A program made the position numbers and the translations under genes. Positions 1-12,760 of a stretch of DNA of 64,000 nt are shown one piece after another. The stretch covers positions 65,862,057-65,926,056 of the forward strand of contig NC_092371.1 of assembly GCF_030028105.1 (NCBI RefSeq). The letters run 5' to 3'. The DNA comes from Mobula birostris (lineage: Eukaryota). The notes under the pieces were generated by a model. It was not told the DNA's origin. It did no database searches and saw only the letters and a program-made list of their open reading frames with translations. Numbering within the stretch: position 1 is the first letter of the stretch; each line of letters opens with the position of its first letter.

Positions 1-635
1 CTCAATGTAGTGAATTGATCTGAATGAACTGTATGCCAGTTTTTCCACTGTACCTCAGTATTGCTGCTGCACACCAACAAATTTCATGGCAAATATTAGT
101 AATAACCTGATTCTGATGTGACATTAATAAACCAATTTAGGATAATGGTGTCAAAATAACATACTTCATCAAAAAGATAGTGAATCTTTGGTTGTGTCTT
201 CCCAAGAAGTTCTTTTGGGGGGGGGGGGGGGTGGAGGATCAGACACGAGAGAGATTTATAAATTTTTGAATATTAAGAGAATTAAGAGATGCGGTGGTTA
301 GAGTCACAGAACACTATAGCATAGAAATAGGCAATTTGGCCCATCTAGTCCATGCTGAACTACTCTTTGCTGAGTCCCATCAATCTACATTGGTTTACTT
401 AAAGGAAGTGACACTGAAGTAAAAGATCAGACCTGTTCTTATTGAATAGCAGAAGAGATCTGAACAGCTGAATGGCCCACTCTTTCCTCAACCTTGTGTG
501 TTCTTACGAATTGGAATATTCTACGTAAGAGATTGTGAAAGCTTAAGTTCAGTGTTCGGTGTAAGTTGCTTTTTCACAAAATATAACATTTGTTTTCAAA
601 ATTTCCTGAAGAATTGTTGAACTCAAATGGGATCG

Positions 636-1264
636 CAGGCATCCCACCTCTCCCGGAAGTTCCGGGAGTCTCCCGTATGTGAATAGTGGCTCCCTGATGC
701 CCGCAAATTATATACAATATCACAGAAATCAATTTTTTTGAGAGTGAGCAAGAGAGAGAGCGTGAGAACAAGCAACCGAGAGCGCGAGAGAGAGAGCGAG
801 AGAAAACAAGCGAGAGAGAGCGCAAGAGCAAGCAAGCAAGAGAGAAAGCAAGCGAGAGCGCGTGAGCAACCACGCGAGAGAGAGAGAGAGCGCGCGAGCG
901 ACAGAGAGAGCAAGAGCGCGCCATGGCAGAGTGTTCCAAAAAAAAAAGTATAAAACGTACGTCACCCCAGACTACACTAAGGTGTACCCCTGCCTAATAG
1001 GGGTCAAAATAATGACAGTGTTGCTCGCTGCACTGTTTGCAACAGTGACTTTTCTATTGCCCATGGCGGGTTAAGACTGTAAAAGACATGTTGAGGTGAG
1101 TTTAACAGGTGTCATTCATTCATTAGCATAGCTAACGTTGTTTAAACTAGCTGGCCAGCTGCTCAGGAGCTACTCTATTGCAGACATCCCTCCTGTCCCG
1201 GAAGTCTCCCACAAATTAATGGTGCTACCTCCCTGAAATCAGTTTTTGCAGGGTGGGATGTCTG
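636..1264. mobile_element. Non-autonomous DNA transposon (hAT-like MITE) with internal GA-rich microsatellite
   Basis: TIR cagRcatcccacc at 636 and ggtgggatgtctg ending at 1264; flanks ggatcg/ggatca. Confidence 0.7.
740..920 (+). repeat. Degenerate (GA)n/(GCAA)n microsatellite
   Basis: Runs of gagagaga, gcgaga and gcaa. Confidence 0.9.
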
Positions 1265-1454
1265 GGATCAGAAAGCAGCTTCAGAGTGGAATTTTAGTTT
1301 TTCTTCTGACTTGTCAGAGAGTACCAATTTCTTAACTGTACCATTTTGGTATTATTAAAAAAAGAATTTGCTGTTGTTTAAAAGAGATATATAACTGCTA
1401 GACTGATGCTATTTAAACTTGAGTGTATTTTATGAGCAAATCTATTGCTAACAT

Positions 1455-1780
1455 TACAACGATGTAATGTTGTGACTTTATAAAGCACTGGTGAGGGCTC
1501 ACTTGGAGTATTGTGAGCAGCTTAGGGCTCCTTACCTTAGAAAGGATGTGCTGAAACTGGAGAGGGTTCAAAGGAGTTTCATGAAAATGATTCCAGGATT
1601 AAACAGCTTGTCGTAAGAAGAGTATTTGATGGCCTGGGCCTGTATTCACTGGAAATTAGAAGAATGAGAGGTGAACTAATTGAAACCTATTGAATGGTGA
1701 AATGCCTTGATAGAGTGGATGTGGAGAGGATGTTTCCGCTGGTAGGAATGTCTAAGACCAGAGAGCACAAGACTCAACAT
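1455..1780 (+). mobile_element. CR1-like LINE ORF2 3' fragment
   Basis: Decayed DVMLxLYKALVRxHLEYCEQ...RKDVLKLERVQ coding sequence. Confidence 0.85.
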
Positions 1781-4495
1781 ACAAATTAACCTTTAGGGAA
1801 TCCTGCACAAGGACTCCCTACTAGCTTTGCACCTCGGATTTTTTTTTTGTATTTTCTCACCATTTAGAAAATAATCAAACCTTTAATTTCTTCTACCAAA
1901 GTGCATGACCATACACTTCCTGACACAAATTCCACCTGCCATTTCTTTGCCCATTCTCCTAATTTGTATAAGTGTTTCTGTAGCCTCTTTACTTCCAGAA
2001 AAATACCTGCCCCTCCACCTATCTTCATATCATCTGCAAACTTTACAACAAAGCCGTCAATTCCATCATCTAAATCATTGACATACAAGACAAAAAGAAA
2101 GAATCAGTGCCAACACAGACCCCTGTGGAACACCACTAATTACCGGCAGCCAGCCAGGAAAAGCACGTTTTATTCTCACTCTTTTTTTCCTGCTAATCAG
2201 CCATTACTTTATCCATGCTAGAATCTTTCCTGTAATACCATGGGCTCATAGCTTGTTAAGCAGCCTCAAGTGTGACAGCTTGTCAAAGGCCTTCTTAAAA
2301 AAAAAGTACATATCAACCGATTCTCCTTTGAATATTCTGCTTGTTATTTCTAGAAAGAATTCCAACAGATTTGTCAGGCAAGATTTTCCCTTGAGGAAAC
2401 CATGCTGACTATGGCTTATTTTATCATGTGCCTCCATGTACCCTGAGACCTCATCGTTATAATTGACTCCTACATCTTCTCAACCACTGAGGTCAGGCTA
2501 ACTGGCCTATAATTTTCCTTCTTTTGCCTCTATCCCTTCTTGAAGAGTGCAAAATCCTAGTCTCCTGGAGCCATTCTAGAATCTAATGATTCTTGAGAGG
2601 TCATTACGAATCCCTCCACAATCTCTTCAGCCACCCCTTTCAGAACTCTGGGGGGTACACCAACTGGTCTAGATGACTTATTTACCTTCAGACCTTTCAG
2701 TTTCCTGAGAATCTTCTCTCTAGTTATGGTAACTTCAACACTTTATGACCCCTGACACCTGGAACTTCCACCATATTGTTAGTGTCCTCCACAGTAAAGA
2801 CTTATGCAACATACTTATACAGTGTGTCTACCATTTCCTTGTCCCCCATTACTACCTCTCCAGCATCGTTTTCCAGTGGTCCATTATCCACTCTGCCTCT
2901 CTTTTACACTTTATGTATCTGAAGAAACTTTTGGTATCCTCTTTAATATTATTGACTAACTCACTTTTGAATTTCATCTTTTTTCCTTAATGACTTTTTT
3001 AGTTGCCTTCTGTTGGTATTTGAAAGCTTCCCACTCCTCTCTGTTCCCACTAATTTTTGCTCTAATTTATGCCCTTACTTTGACTTTTATGTTTACTTTG
3101 ACTTTTCTTGTTAGTCACTGTTGTGTCATCTTTCCTTTGGAATACCTCTTCTTTGGGATGTATATATCCTGTCCCTTCCAAATTGCTTCCAGAAGTCCTA
3201 GCCATTGCTGCTCTGCCATCGGCCCTGCGAGTGTTCTTTTCCAGTCAATTCTGGCCAACTCCATTCTGCAATTCCCTTTACTCTACTGTAATCCTGATTT
3301 AGCTTCTCCTTCTCAAATTTCAGGGTGAAGTTGAGCATATTTTAATTACTTGGCCCTATGGGTTCTTTTATCTTAAGCTCTCTGAACAATCCTGGTTCAA
3401 TGCATAACACCCAATCCAGAATAGCTAAGCCTCTGGTGGGCTCAACCACAAGTTGTTCTTAGACATTAAGTTCCCAGCTATAGCCTTTCAGCCAGGATTT
3501 AGTGATGCCTACAACATCATATCTGCAGCTGTGCTGCAAATTCATCTACCTTATTCTGTACACTGCGCGCATTCAGATACAACATTCCTGTATTTACACA
3601 ACAGTCGCCTTTTTGATTTTGTCCACCTTTTACATTGCAAGTCATCCTGTAGACTGCAGTTTTGCCCTTTCAACAGATTCTCCTCACTACACAGTGCCTC
3701 TGTCTGTAAACCAGCCACCTCATCTTCAGAAGTATTATCTGCCTTTCCTACAATATTTCTTGCATTGCAATACAGGCAGCTCAGGACACTAGTCGCACCA
3801 TGCTCAACCTTTTCATTCCTAACTTTGTCTGAGGTCTTACCAGCATCTGCTTCCACAACCTCTCCACCAACTATTCCGGCAGTCTGGTTCCCAATCCCGT
3901 AACTCTAGTTTAAAGTCCACCATGCAGCATTAACAAACCTTCCCGCTAGGATATTAGTCCCCCCCTCCAGCTCAGATGCAAACCGTACAGGTCCCAACTT
4001 CCCTGGAAGAGAGCCCAATGATTCAAAAATCTTATATCCTCCCTTCTACATAAACCTCTTAATCACGTATTAAACATATAATCTTTCTAGTTCAGGCCTC
4101 ACTGGCACATGGAATGGGTATCAGTTCTTAGATCACAACCCAGGAGTTCCTGCCCTTTAACTTAGCACCTATCTCCCTGAATTCCCTATGCAGAAATTCG
4201 CCACTCATCCTACCCGTGACATTGGTACCGACATGGATCATGATTTCTGGCTGTTCACCCTCCCACTTAAGTATGCTGAGGACTCGATCCAAGATATCCC
4301 GTACCTTGGCACCCAGGTGGCAACATACCATCCAGAAATCAAGTTCTCACCCACAGTATTTCCTGTCCGTTCCCCTAACTAACGAATTGCCTATCACCAC
4401 AGCGTGCCTTTTCTCTTCTGCCACCTTCCCTTCTGGGTTACAGAGGCAGACTCAGTGCCAGAGACCCGACCACTGTGACTTTCCTCTGTAGATCA
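1781..4495 (-). mobile_element. CR1-like LINE, internally deleted (ORF1 esterase, endonuclease start, RT)
   Basis: ORF fragments MVCCHLGAKVRDI..IHVGTN (esterase ORF1), LSCLYCNARNI (APE start), SQHGFLKGKSCLTNLLEFF and YVNDLDDG..KFADDMKIGG (RT). Confidence 0.9.
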
Positions 4496-5339
4496 TTACA
4501 CCCCCGCCCCCTACTGTATTCAAAGTAATGTACCTGTTATACCAGAACAGTGACATTATACCTACAGAGAAAGGAGGAACAGGACAGGTGTCCTTGCTCT
4601 TGAAGAGAAAAGGATGAGAGGTTCATCAGGTTATGTAATGATTTGATATAAGCAGACAAAGAAAACAAATCAACAGTGGGGAAGGAATGAAGTAAGAGGC
4701 TGGGAAGTTGCAGTGAGGTAAGGGTTAAAGGCAATGTCCCGCCAAGGATGACCTGGGTCACTTGTCGTCAAGTGAGAGCGCCAGAGACGCTTCTGTTTAT
4801 GGCAGATGAAGTAGGCTGGGGTGACTGTGACAGTGTGTATTTAAGCCAGACGAGTGAGGCCTCTAGTGAGAACTTTGTAGGAAAGTCTTCCTTAAACATA
4901 GTGTCCCTTTGCACAATAGGAGACGTCAGAGACAGATGAGATAGAAATAACGGAAGGATGTGCACTACACAGCGAACATCTTAAGGGATAATTGCTTCAC
5001 TAACTTCAAAATATCATCAGTTGTCAGCTTGAAGTTTCAGTTGACTCTTAACACCTCTATTGTGAACGGTGATTGATCTTGCAAGTAAGGAATTCCAGCA
5101 AATAAAAGTTACCAATATCTGTAACAGTTAAGCCAATTCTTTATAAAAATAGTAGCTTTCTGTTCAGCCTTCCGTACAGCGTGGGTGACAGGAGCCATGT
5201 TGTTCTCCTTGTGCACGAGTAAAATAAGAAGAAAGCTTGAGTTGTAAGAGTGCGTGTGCTCTGGGCTCGGTTATTTTGGTTATTTCATTTTATTATCGGT
5301 GATGACGAGGCCACCAATGTATAGTGATCATTAAGAAAT

Positions 5340-5792
5340 CAAGAAGCCTCAAGAAAGCAGCATTCATCATCATGGACCCCCACCATCCAGGCCATGCTCT
5401 CTTCTCGCTGCTGCCATCGGGGTAGGAGTTACTGGAGAGTTTGGTCTCACACCACCAGATTCTGGAACAGATGTTACCCCCTCAACAATCAGGGTAACAT
5501 CCTGAAGCAGCAGAGGTAATTTCATTCAACACTGAACTGATTCCACAATCTATGGACTCATTTTCAAGGACTCTACAATTTATATTCTCAGTATCATTTA
5601 TGTATTATCTTTCTGTATTTGTACAGTTGGCCTTTTGCACATTGATTGTGTGTTAGTCTTTGTCTATGTTTTAATTTTTTGTTGATTCTGTTGTGTTTCT
5701 ACTGTGAATGTCTGAAAGAAAATGAATCTTAGGCTAGTATATGGTGACATATATGTACTTTGATAATAAATTTAATTTGAACTTTGAACTTG
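5340..5792 (+). mobile_element. Rex1/Babar-like LINE 3' fragment
   Basis: KAAxIIxDPHHPGHALFSLLPSG coding remnant, then a 3' UTR ending aataaatttaatttgaactttgaactt. Confidence 0.7.
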
Positions 5793-5972
5793 GAAGACAA
5801 TTTAGAATAGTGAGATTGTTATTCACTACCAGTGAGTATTTGAGGCATGTGGTTTGAATCCATTTATTGCAAAGACGGACATGCACAGAAGTGATGGTAA
5901 GAGATGGTTATGCTGAAGTCATAAGAGGAAATCTGGGAGTTGGGGTGTAGAATAAACAACTGATTGGTCTCG

Positions 5973-6213
5973 TGTAATATTTTGTAACTACAAAACAAAA
6001 AAAAATTAGAAAAACATGAGAACGGGAAATGAGAGTCTAATTTCGTGATTACTTTAAGCAAGGCATGCACGTATCACCTAGTGTCATGATAAATGCAATT
6101 CACTTATTTTTACATATCACCCATAATGAATTATTTAAATGAACAAGAATTCTTAATCAAACAATATATTTATGACATTACTCAAATACTACTGAAAGGT
6201 TAAGTACACAACA
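5973..6213 (-). mobile_element. Solo LTR of the same Gypsy family as the 16.5-20.2 kb element
   Basis: Starts TGTaatattttgtaact and ends tactactgaaa..acACAACA; colinear with LTRs at 16512-16756 and 19231-20171. Confidence 0.8.
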
Positions 6214-8049
6214 GTATGTCCTGCTTTTATGTGTCCTTGTGTAGTTATGTGCAGTGCCTTTTTCTATTCATTGTACAGAGATGGGGTGAAGTAGTGTGTG
6301 GTGAAAGTAAGGTAGTGTAGGAACCCAGGGGCATAGATGACTTGCTGTAGCATGGATTCAAGCACCTTTCTATATAATTAAATTTCCAACCTCCTAAAGA
6401 ATTAACCTGCTGTTGACAGAATCATAAATGGCTAACTACTTTAAAGCCTAAGCATTTAATAACATTACAAAATAAATTGAGTAGGCTTAAACTAGAATCA
6501 GGAGGTCTATTAACAAATCTTAACTTTAATTCCTCGGAGTCATTCCACTCTTTTGAACTCCTACTGCAAGAAATGTTAAACGTTCAGCTGCATAGTTGGG
6601 AAAATACCAGCAAGGTATTGTCACCGAGTATGGGGCTTACATGTTTATGCATGTATGTGAGGAATTCCTGACATCTCTCTGCAACTATTCTGACAACTCT
6701 CTGCAAACTCAGGCTCAGTAATAAAAATTATTACGATGTTATGTCTAGGTTACTAGCAATAAAACTGATAGCATTTACTATGGGTGTTAGGTTATGTACC
6801 TTTTATTCAACAAGCTTTCTGTGTTTTCACTGAAACAAAGGAAAAAGTTATCAAAACATAATATCCTGCATAAGTGATGCATCCTTTCTACAGTGATATC
6901 CATTCAAGGCCACATTGAATTGTATGGCTTTAGATTACAAAGGAAAAATTTTTGATGGTCTTAAAAAAAAGAATCCAATATGCACAACTATATTGGAAAA
7001 CACCATTCAGTGGGGGAATTGTCTTTCAGTGTATAATAGTGATTTGATTCTGCTGGGGAGGATGATAAAACATTAACCAATTGTACAGATGGATTTAAAG
7101 TTAGAAAAGGTGAGTGTCAAAGCACTTCTATAAATGAGTAGACAACTTTTTTTTTGAAGGAACAATAACTTTTGGCAAATCACTTGATGCTTAGTCATAT
7201 TATGTAAAACTGTCATTATGTCCTTTGCCAAGCCACAAAAATGGAGTCAAGCAATGTTAAAGAGATTAGCTTTATATACATCGAAACATACACTGAAATG
7301 TGTTGTTTTCATCAACAGCCAGCACAGTCAGAAATGAGCTGGGGACAGCCTACAAGTGTCGCCATGCTGTTATTAAACAGATTTTTAACGAATCTAGTTT
7401 CCACATAAACCTCAAACCCAATGCACGAAGTAAAGAACAAAGTTCAATGTAAATTTATTATTAAAGTGCACCGTATACAACCCTGAGATTCATTGTCTTG
7501 TGGGCATTACACAAATGGCAAAAAGTGAGTGAATAACAGATAGAATATTAACATCAACCAGGAGTTCAGGAATATTTAGTTTAGTTCAGTTCAGTTCCGT
7601 ACCACTAGCTGACTGCAGGCCACAGAGCCGATCTTTACTGGAGCGCCCCAGTCCCCACCGATTGCGCTAATCAAACCACTCAAAATCAGCAAACAAGAAG
7701 AGTGACCAGAATCCAGTAACACATGGATTACAGAACAGGTCAAAAATTGCAATCAGCACAGGCAGTGCTCTGAGCATCAGTTTTCAGTTTGTGTTCTGGC
7801 AGTTATTATGTTGCGGTAAAGGCGTTTACTTTCCTCTTTTAAAAGCTCCAAATGAAAGTTCAAGAGAATGAAGCACTGACAGCGTCAGCTTTCAGCAGCC
7901 AGACAGCATGTTGCTTGTTGCAAAGTACAATTGATGCCACCTGAGTCTCTGCTGTGTCCACCGTCTGAAATCAAGTGATGGATATTAATATACAAGTTAG
8001 TTGCTTGTATTTAATCAAAGCACACTCCAGTCGGAGACTAATACTATAT

Positions 8050-8563
8050 GCACTCACTGGCTACTTTATTAGGTACCTCTGTATCTAGTAAGGTGGCCTC
8101 TGTACGTTCACAATCTTCTGCTGCTGTAGCCCATCCACTTCAAGGTTCAATGTGTTGTGTGTTCAGAGGTGCTCCTCGGCAAATCACTGTTGTAATGTGT
8201 GGCTATAAGAGTTACTGTTGCTTTCCTGTCAGCTTGAACCAGTTCTGGCCATTCTCCTCTGACTTCTCTCATTAACAAGGCATCTTTGCCCACAGAACTG
8301 CCGCTCACTGGATTTTTTCTTTCTTTTTGCCCCATTCTCTGTAAACTCTGGAGACTGTTGTGTGTGAATATCCAGGGAGATCAAATGCTCAAACTATCCA
8401 CTCTGGCACCAACCATCATTCCACAATCAAAGTCAATTAGATACTTTCTTCCCCATTCTAATGTTTGGTCTGAACATGTCATGCCTGCATGCTTTTAATG
8501 CATTGAGTTGCTGCCACATGATTGGCTGATTAGATGTTTGCATTAATGAGCAGAGGTACAGGT
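8050..8563 (-). mobile_element. Tc1-like non-autonomous element, truncated
   Basis: Terminal cactcactggctactttattaggtac; homologous to 34551-35058, which carries a Tc1 HTH remnant. Confidence 0.75.
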
Positions 8564-8565
8564 TC

Positions 8566-9010
8566 AAATTTCAAAGTAAATTTTTTAAAGTGCATATATG
8601 TCACCATACACAACCCTGAGATCTGTTTTCTTGCGAGCATATTCAATGAATCCAATAACCATAATAGAATCAATGAAAGACCACACTAACAGGGCTGGCA
8701 ACCAACAAAGAAAGAATGATGCTAATAAATAGATAAGCAATAAATATTGAAGACATGAGATGAAGAGTCGTGAAAGTGAGTCCATAGGTTGCTGGAAGAG
8801 TTAAGTGCTGGGACCAGTGAAGTTATCCCCTTTGGTTCAAGAGCTTGATGGTCAAGGGGTAATAATTGATCTGAACTTGGTGGTCTGAGTCCTGAGGCTC
8901 CTGTCCCTACTTTCTGATGTCAGCAAGAAAAGAGCATGTCCTGGGTGGTGGGGGTCCCTGATGATGGATGCTGCTTTCCTGGGACAATGCTTGTGTAGAT
9001 TGCTCAGTGG
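8566..9010 (-). mobile_element. Rex1/Babar-like LINE 3' fragment
   Basis: ORF 8852..9109 RKAASIIRDPHHPGHALF; tail matches 5340-5792 in reverse. Confidence 0.7.
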
Positions 9011-9254
9011 CAGGGAGGTCTTTGCCTGTGATGGACCCCACTGACCGAATACAGAGACCACTGAGTGTATGTTGTATTCAATGCAACATTGAGTAAGCCT
9101 GTGCAGCAAGTTGTGATATTCTGAAATGTTTTTAGTGCTTACACTAACTGGAAAGCAAATGTTTTCACTGAAAATTATCCCTTTGTATTTTCCGTTTCAA
9201 CACTTTCTTCATAATGGTGTATTTGAAGTCAATGGTGCACTTGTGAAGCAGCCA

Positions 9255-10945
9255 GTGATCTGCTGGACGAAGTCGGCGGGTGTTGGCAGGAGTGAGGAGG
9301 AATTGTCAACATTTTGGGTTGAAGCCCTGAATCGAGACTGAGTGTTGAGAGGGAAGACAACCAGAATAAAGATAGGTGGAGTAGTGAGACAGGAGCCTGA
9401 GACAGGTGGACTGAGGAGGGGTTAAAAAAAATGTGTAGGTTGGACCAGGTAGATGAAGGAAGGGGTGTGAAGTTGGAAGAAAGTGACAGGTGAGTGATAG
9501 ATAGAGGCAAATAAAAGAAAGGGTAGGAGGAAGAGGGGAAGTGAGAGGCAGATGGAGTGAGGTGGGAGGAGGGACGGTGAAAGTTAGATATACTGCTGGA
9601 GGGTATTAGTGTTACTGGTGCTGGAAACTGATAAACAAAAGAGGTGATAATAGGAACCATTAGGGGAGGAGAGATTGAACCAGATAGATGGGGTTGTGGA
9701 AGGGAGCCGGTGAGTGAACTATATTCTAATGGGTGTTGGAGGAGAAGGAGGAAGGGCCAATGATGGATATGGGTGATGTCTGGATTTGCAGTTTGTGTTC
9801 CCTTAGTCCTCACTCTTCTTCATATGAGCCTCCGCATCTAGTACATCATCCTTTGTCATTTTCATCAGATGTAATGTGATCCCACCAGCACCCACATCTT
9901 CTCCTTACCCCTTTCCACATCTCCCTGGTGCTCTCATGCCTTCACACCCAACCCTCCCTGACCCCTGGCACTTTCCCCCTACAACTGCAGGAAGTGTAGT
10001 GTTGTTCCTACACCTCTACACCTCCTCATCTCCTCTCACCAGCATCCAGGAACGTGAACAATCCTTCCAGATGAGACAAGGACCTTTGTGCAGCTTTGTC
10101 TTCGGCAATCAGTGATCCCAATGTGGCCACCGAGAGTGAGACTGGGCAACATTTGCATGCAATTTGAATTCATCTTCCCATTCCCACACTGACCTGTGCA
10201 TCATCAGACTGCTCCATTACCGGGGCAAAGCCCAGTGCAAGGTAGAGGAACAACACCTTGTATTCCACCTGGATAGTCCACAACCATTTGGTATGAACTT
10301 TCCAATTGTAGGTAACACACCCCCAGAGAGAGTTACCCCATTCCACTGCTTCAGATCCTCCTCCCATTTTTGTCCCCATAGCCAATTACCCAATCAAACC
10401 CTCAACCCCCTAGACCTCCGTCACCTATCTTCATCCTCCTCTTCCTTTTCTTTCTCCTCCTCTGCCAACTATACACACAGTTTACTTGCAGGCTTATTCC
10501 ATCCCTTATTTGGTTTCCATTATCATCTCCTTTACATGTCAGATTCCAGCACGTACCCTTTTCTGTCCCTGTTTAAAAGCCTCCAGCAGCTGTGTCCAAA
10601 CTTTACCTTCCTCTCTTTCTACTGCATTACATCTGCCTCTCATTTATGTTTTTCCTTGCCTCCACCTGCCCACAAACTCCCAATTCCACCCACCCACCCT
10701 CTTTCTGGCACAACCTGCCCATCATCTTTCTCCACTCCTCAGTCCATCATTCACCTCAGGTTCTCGTGCTGCACTCTTCCGCTCCTCTTTATACTGGTTA
10801 TCATCCCTCTTCGCCCTCAGTTCTGATGCAGGGTTTTGACCTGAGATGTCAACTATTTCTTCGCCCCCACAGGAGCTGCTCGACCCACTGAGCCCCTTTA
10901 ACAGGCTGTCTGCCGCGAAAGATTCCAGCATCTGCAATCTCTTGA
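9255..10945. mobile_element. Penelope-like elements in inverted arrangement (minus copy ~9255-9830, plus copy ~9830-10945)
   Basis: GIY-YIG C-terminal remnant HSHTDLCIIRLLHY..EEQHLVFHLDSPQPFGMN, pyrimidine-rich UTR and decayed hammerhead-like ends on both sides. Confidence 0.75.
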
Positions 10946-11068
10946 GTGGACTTTTGAATCTATCTGGGCTGTACAACTGGATATCTTTGTGCTAATATTT
11001 ATTTGAAATTTGAACAGGACTGGTTAATTGCAATGTAATACTTCTTTTGTCTCTCTTGTATCTTGCAG

Positions 11069-11167
11069 GGAAGGTGATTGGTGGTTAGGCCGGTCCCTCG
11101 CTACAGGAAACACTGGATACATCCCCAGCAATTATGTTGCACCTTCTGACTCCATTCAGGCTGAAGA
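11069..11167 (+). CDS. SRC: SRC coding exon, C-terminal half of SH3 ([32 protein letters not shown])
   Basis: Pyrimidine tract plus tgcag acceptor and ga|gtaaat donor; 99 bp, the size of the orthologous SRC exon; WWL and APSDS are SRC-type (YES/FYN have WWEARS, APADS/APVDS). Confidence 0.95.
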
Positions 11168-11452
11168 GTAAATAATTTGTTTTGCAAATGATAATCTATT
11201 TAAGTTTTGATGCAACATTATTTTGTAAGGAGGGATGCTCGTGATATCTCCCTTTGATATTTTAAGGATAGAGCATGATTTGCTTGTGTAAGCAGTCCTC
11301 TAAACTTCTCCAGGTACTGTTTTGAAAAGGGTAAAGACTGGGGTGCCATGCTTGTCTAGATATTGGGCTATGTATAGGTTGAAACAAGACCGATATCCAG
11401 GACAACTCCAGTGTGAAATCTGTATTTTTCATAAAACGTTGAACTTTTACAC

Positions 11453-11531
11453 CAGGGATTCTCAACCTTTTTAATGCCACAGAGCCTTACCATTAACCCA
11501 GGGTACATGAATCCCAGGTTGGGAACCCCTG
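11453..11531. mobile_element. 79-bp hAT-type MITE
   Basis: TIR cagggattctcaacct / aggttgggaacccctg; 8-bp TSD ttttacac / ttttaaac; second copy at 24129-24208. Confidence 0.85.
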
Positions 11532-12024
11532 TTTTAAACCAATGACAATCTCTAAAAACTTAAACTAGTTTTGCACAGATTCCAGTTCAAGACATCTTTC
11601 TTTATACCTGTAGATGTTAATGCTGATTTTATTTTATCACAACACTTACTGAAGTGCGGGAAAGGAGCACACTTCTTTTTGATCTTCTTTCTTGTCCTTC
11701 TCCAGACGTTGACTCAAGTCATCTTTCTTTATTTGAGTCCGATTGGCTGTCTGATTGGAAGGATGGGGGTAAAGAGAGACCATGGCAGCAGATGCAGCTC
11801 ACCCTGTTCCCTGATAACACCACTACAGTCAAAATGTAACAGCCTGACTTCAGCTGCCCTCCAGCACTTGTGTTACTGTAGCTGCTACTTGCGTTCCAGT
11901 GGCCAGATTTGCAGCCTTGAGATAAAAACAAACAGGCCTATGATATTAGCAATGCAACTTGTCATCAAACTTAAAACAGCCAATCCCAAGTGTAGTTGAT
12001 TCAAATTAACTGACCGATTTAAAT

Positions 12025-12261
12025 TTTTTTAAGCGTGTCGTACCAGACATTCAGCCATTCTTGTCCGGCACGTGGTGTCAGGATTAACCGGGTCACGTTA
12101 TGAACGTTCCTGACTTGACCCTTGTATTTTTTACGAGGCCGAATGGCTAGCTCAACACTCAACCCGGCACGGATGGAAAGCGTGCTCGGGGGTGGCCTGA
12201 CCTGGATTCGAACTCGGGAACCTTCGCTCCAGAGTCCAGCGCTGATCTCACTGCGCTACCA
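12025..12261 (-). mobile_element. tRNA-derived SINE
   Basis: Minus strand begins tggtagcgcagtgag (A box) ... gttcgaatcc (B box), then a non-tRNA body and A-tail; head shared with 38835-38985. Confidence 0.75.
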
Positions 12262-12304
12262 ATATAAGTGGACTTCATAGAATATATACTATACTTCACT
12301 GAAA

Positions 12305-12525
12305 TCCTTTGACAGAGGTGAGGAGTTTGTACGTTCTCCCTGTGATCGCATAGGTTTGCTTCAGGTGTTTCGGTTTCCACCCACAGTCCAAAGACATGCC
12401 AGTTGGTAGGTGAATTGGTCACTGTAGATTGTCCATGATCAGGCTAGGATTCAATTGGAACATTGCTAGGTGGCTTGAAGGGCCTATTCCACGCTGTATC
12501 TCAATGAATAAATCATAAATAAATG
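12305..12525 (+). mobile_element. V-SINE (HE1-like) copy
   Basis: V-domain-like core gttctccctgtg...ggtttccacccacagtccaaagac and (taaa)n tail. Confidence 0.75.
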
Positions 12526-12534
12526 TCTGTAGCT

Positions 12535-12760
12535 AGATTATAGTGAATCTGTGGAATTCATTGGTACAGACGGCCGTGGAGGCCAAGTTATTGGGTACAT
12601 TTAAAGTGGAGGTTGATAGGTTCTTGATTAGTAAGGGCATTAAAGGTTACGAGAAGAAGGCAGGAGGATAGGGTTGAGAGGGATGATATATCAACAATGA
12701 TGGAATGGAGAATATACTTGATGGGCCGAATGACCTTATTCTGCTTATATATGTTATAGC
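12535..12760 (+). mobile_element. CR1 3' end fragment
   Basis: gtgaatctgtggaattcattg...gatgggccgaatgacc..attctgct 3' terminal motif. Confidence 0.8.

Noticed and set aside
574-965. ORFs of 70-121 aa rich in S/L/R/E
   Set aside because: Translation of a GA microsatellite inside a MITE.
7089-7109. 21-nt AG/GT-bounded segment with strong donor (aag|gtgagt) as a microexon
   Set aside because: Has TAA in the required phase, a poor pyrimidine tract and no similarity to N1/N2.
9229-10891. Long S/P/L/H-rich ORFs (194 and 220 aa; similar ones at 26253, 32424, 44388, 46334)
   Set aside because: Pyrimidine-rich Penelope UTRs that lack stop codons; only the short GIY-YIG remnants are real homology.
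11738-11760. Twin reverse CCAAT boxes as an internal promoter
   Set aside because: Short motifs with no CpG island or other support.
12195-12261. tRNA gene
   Set aside because: A/B boxes run into a SINE body and tail, and the module recurs at 38835-38985.
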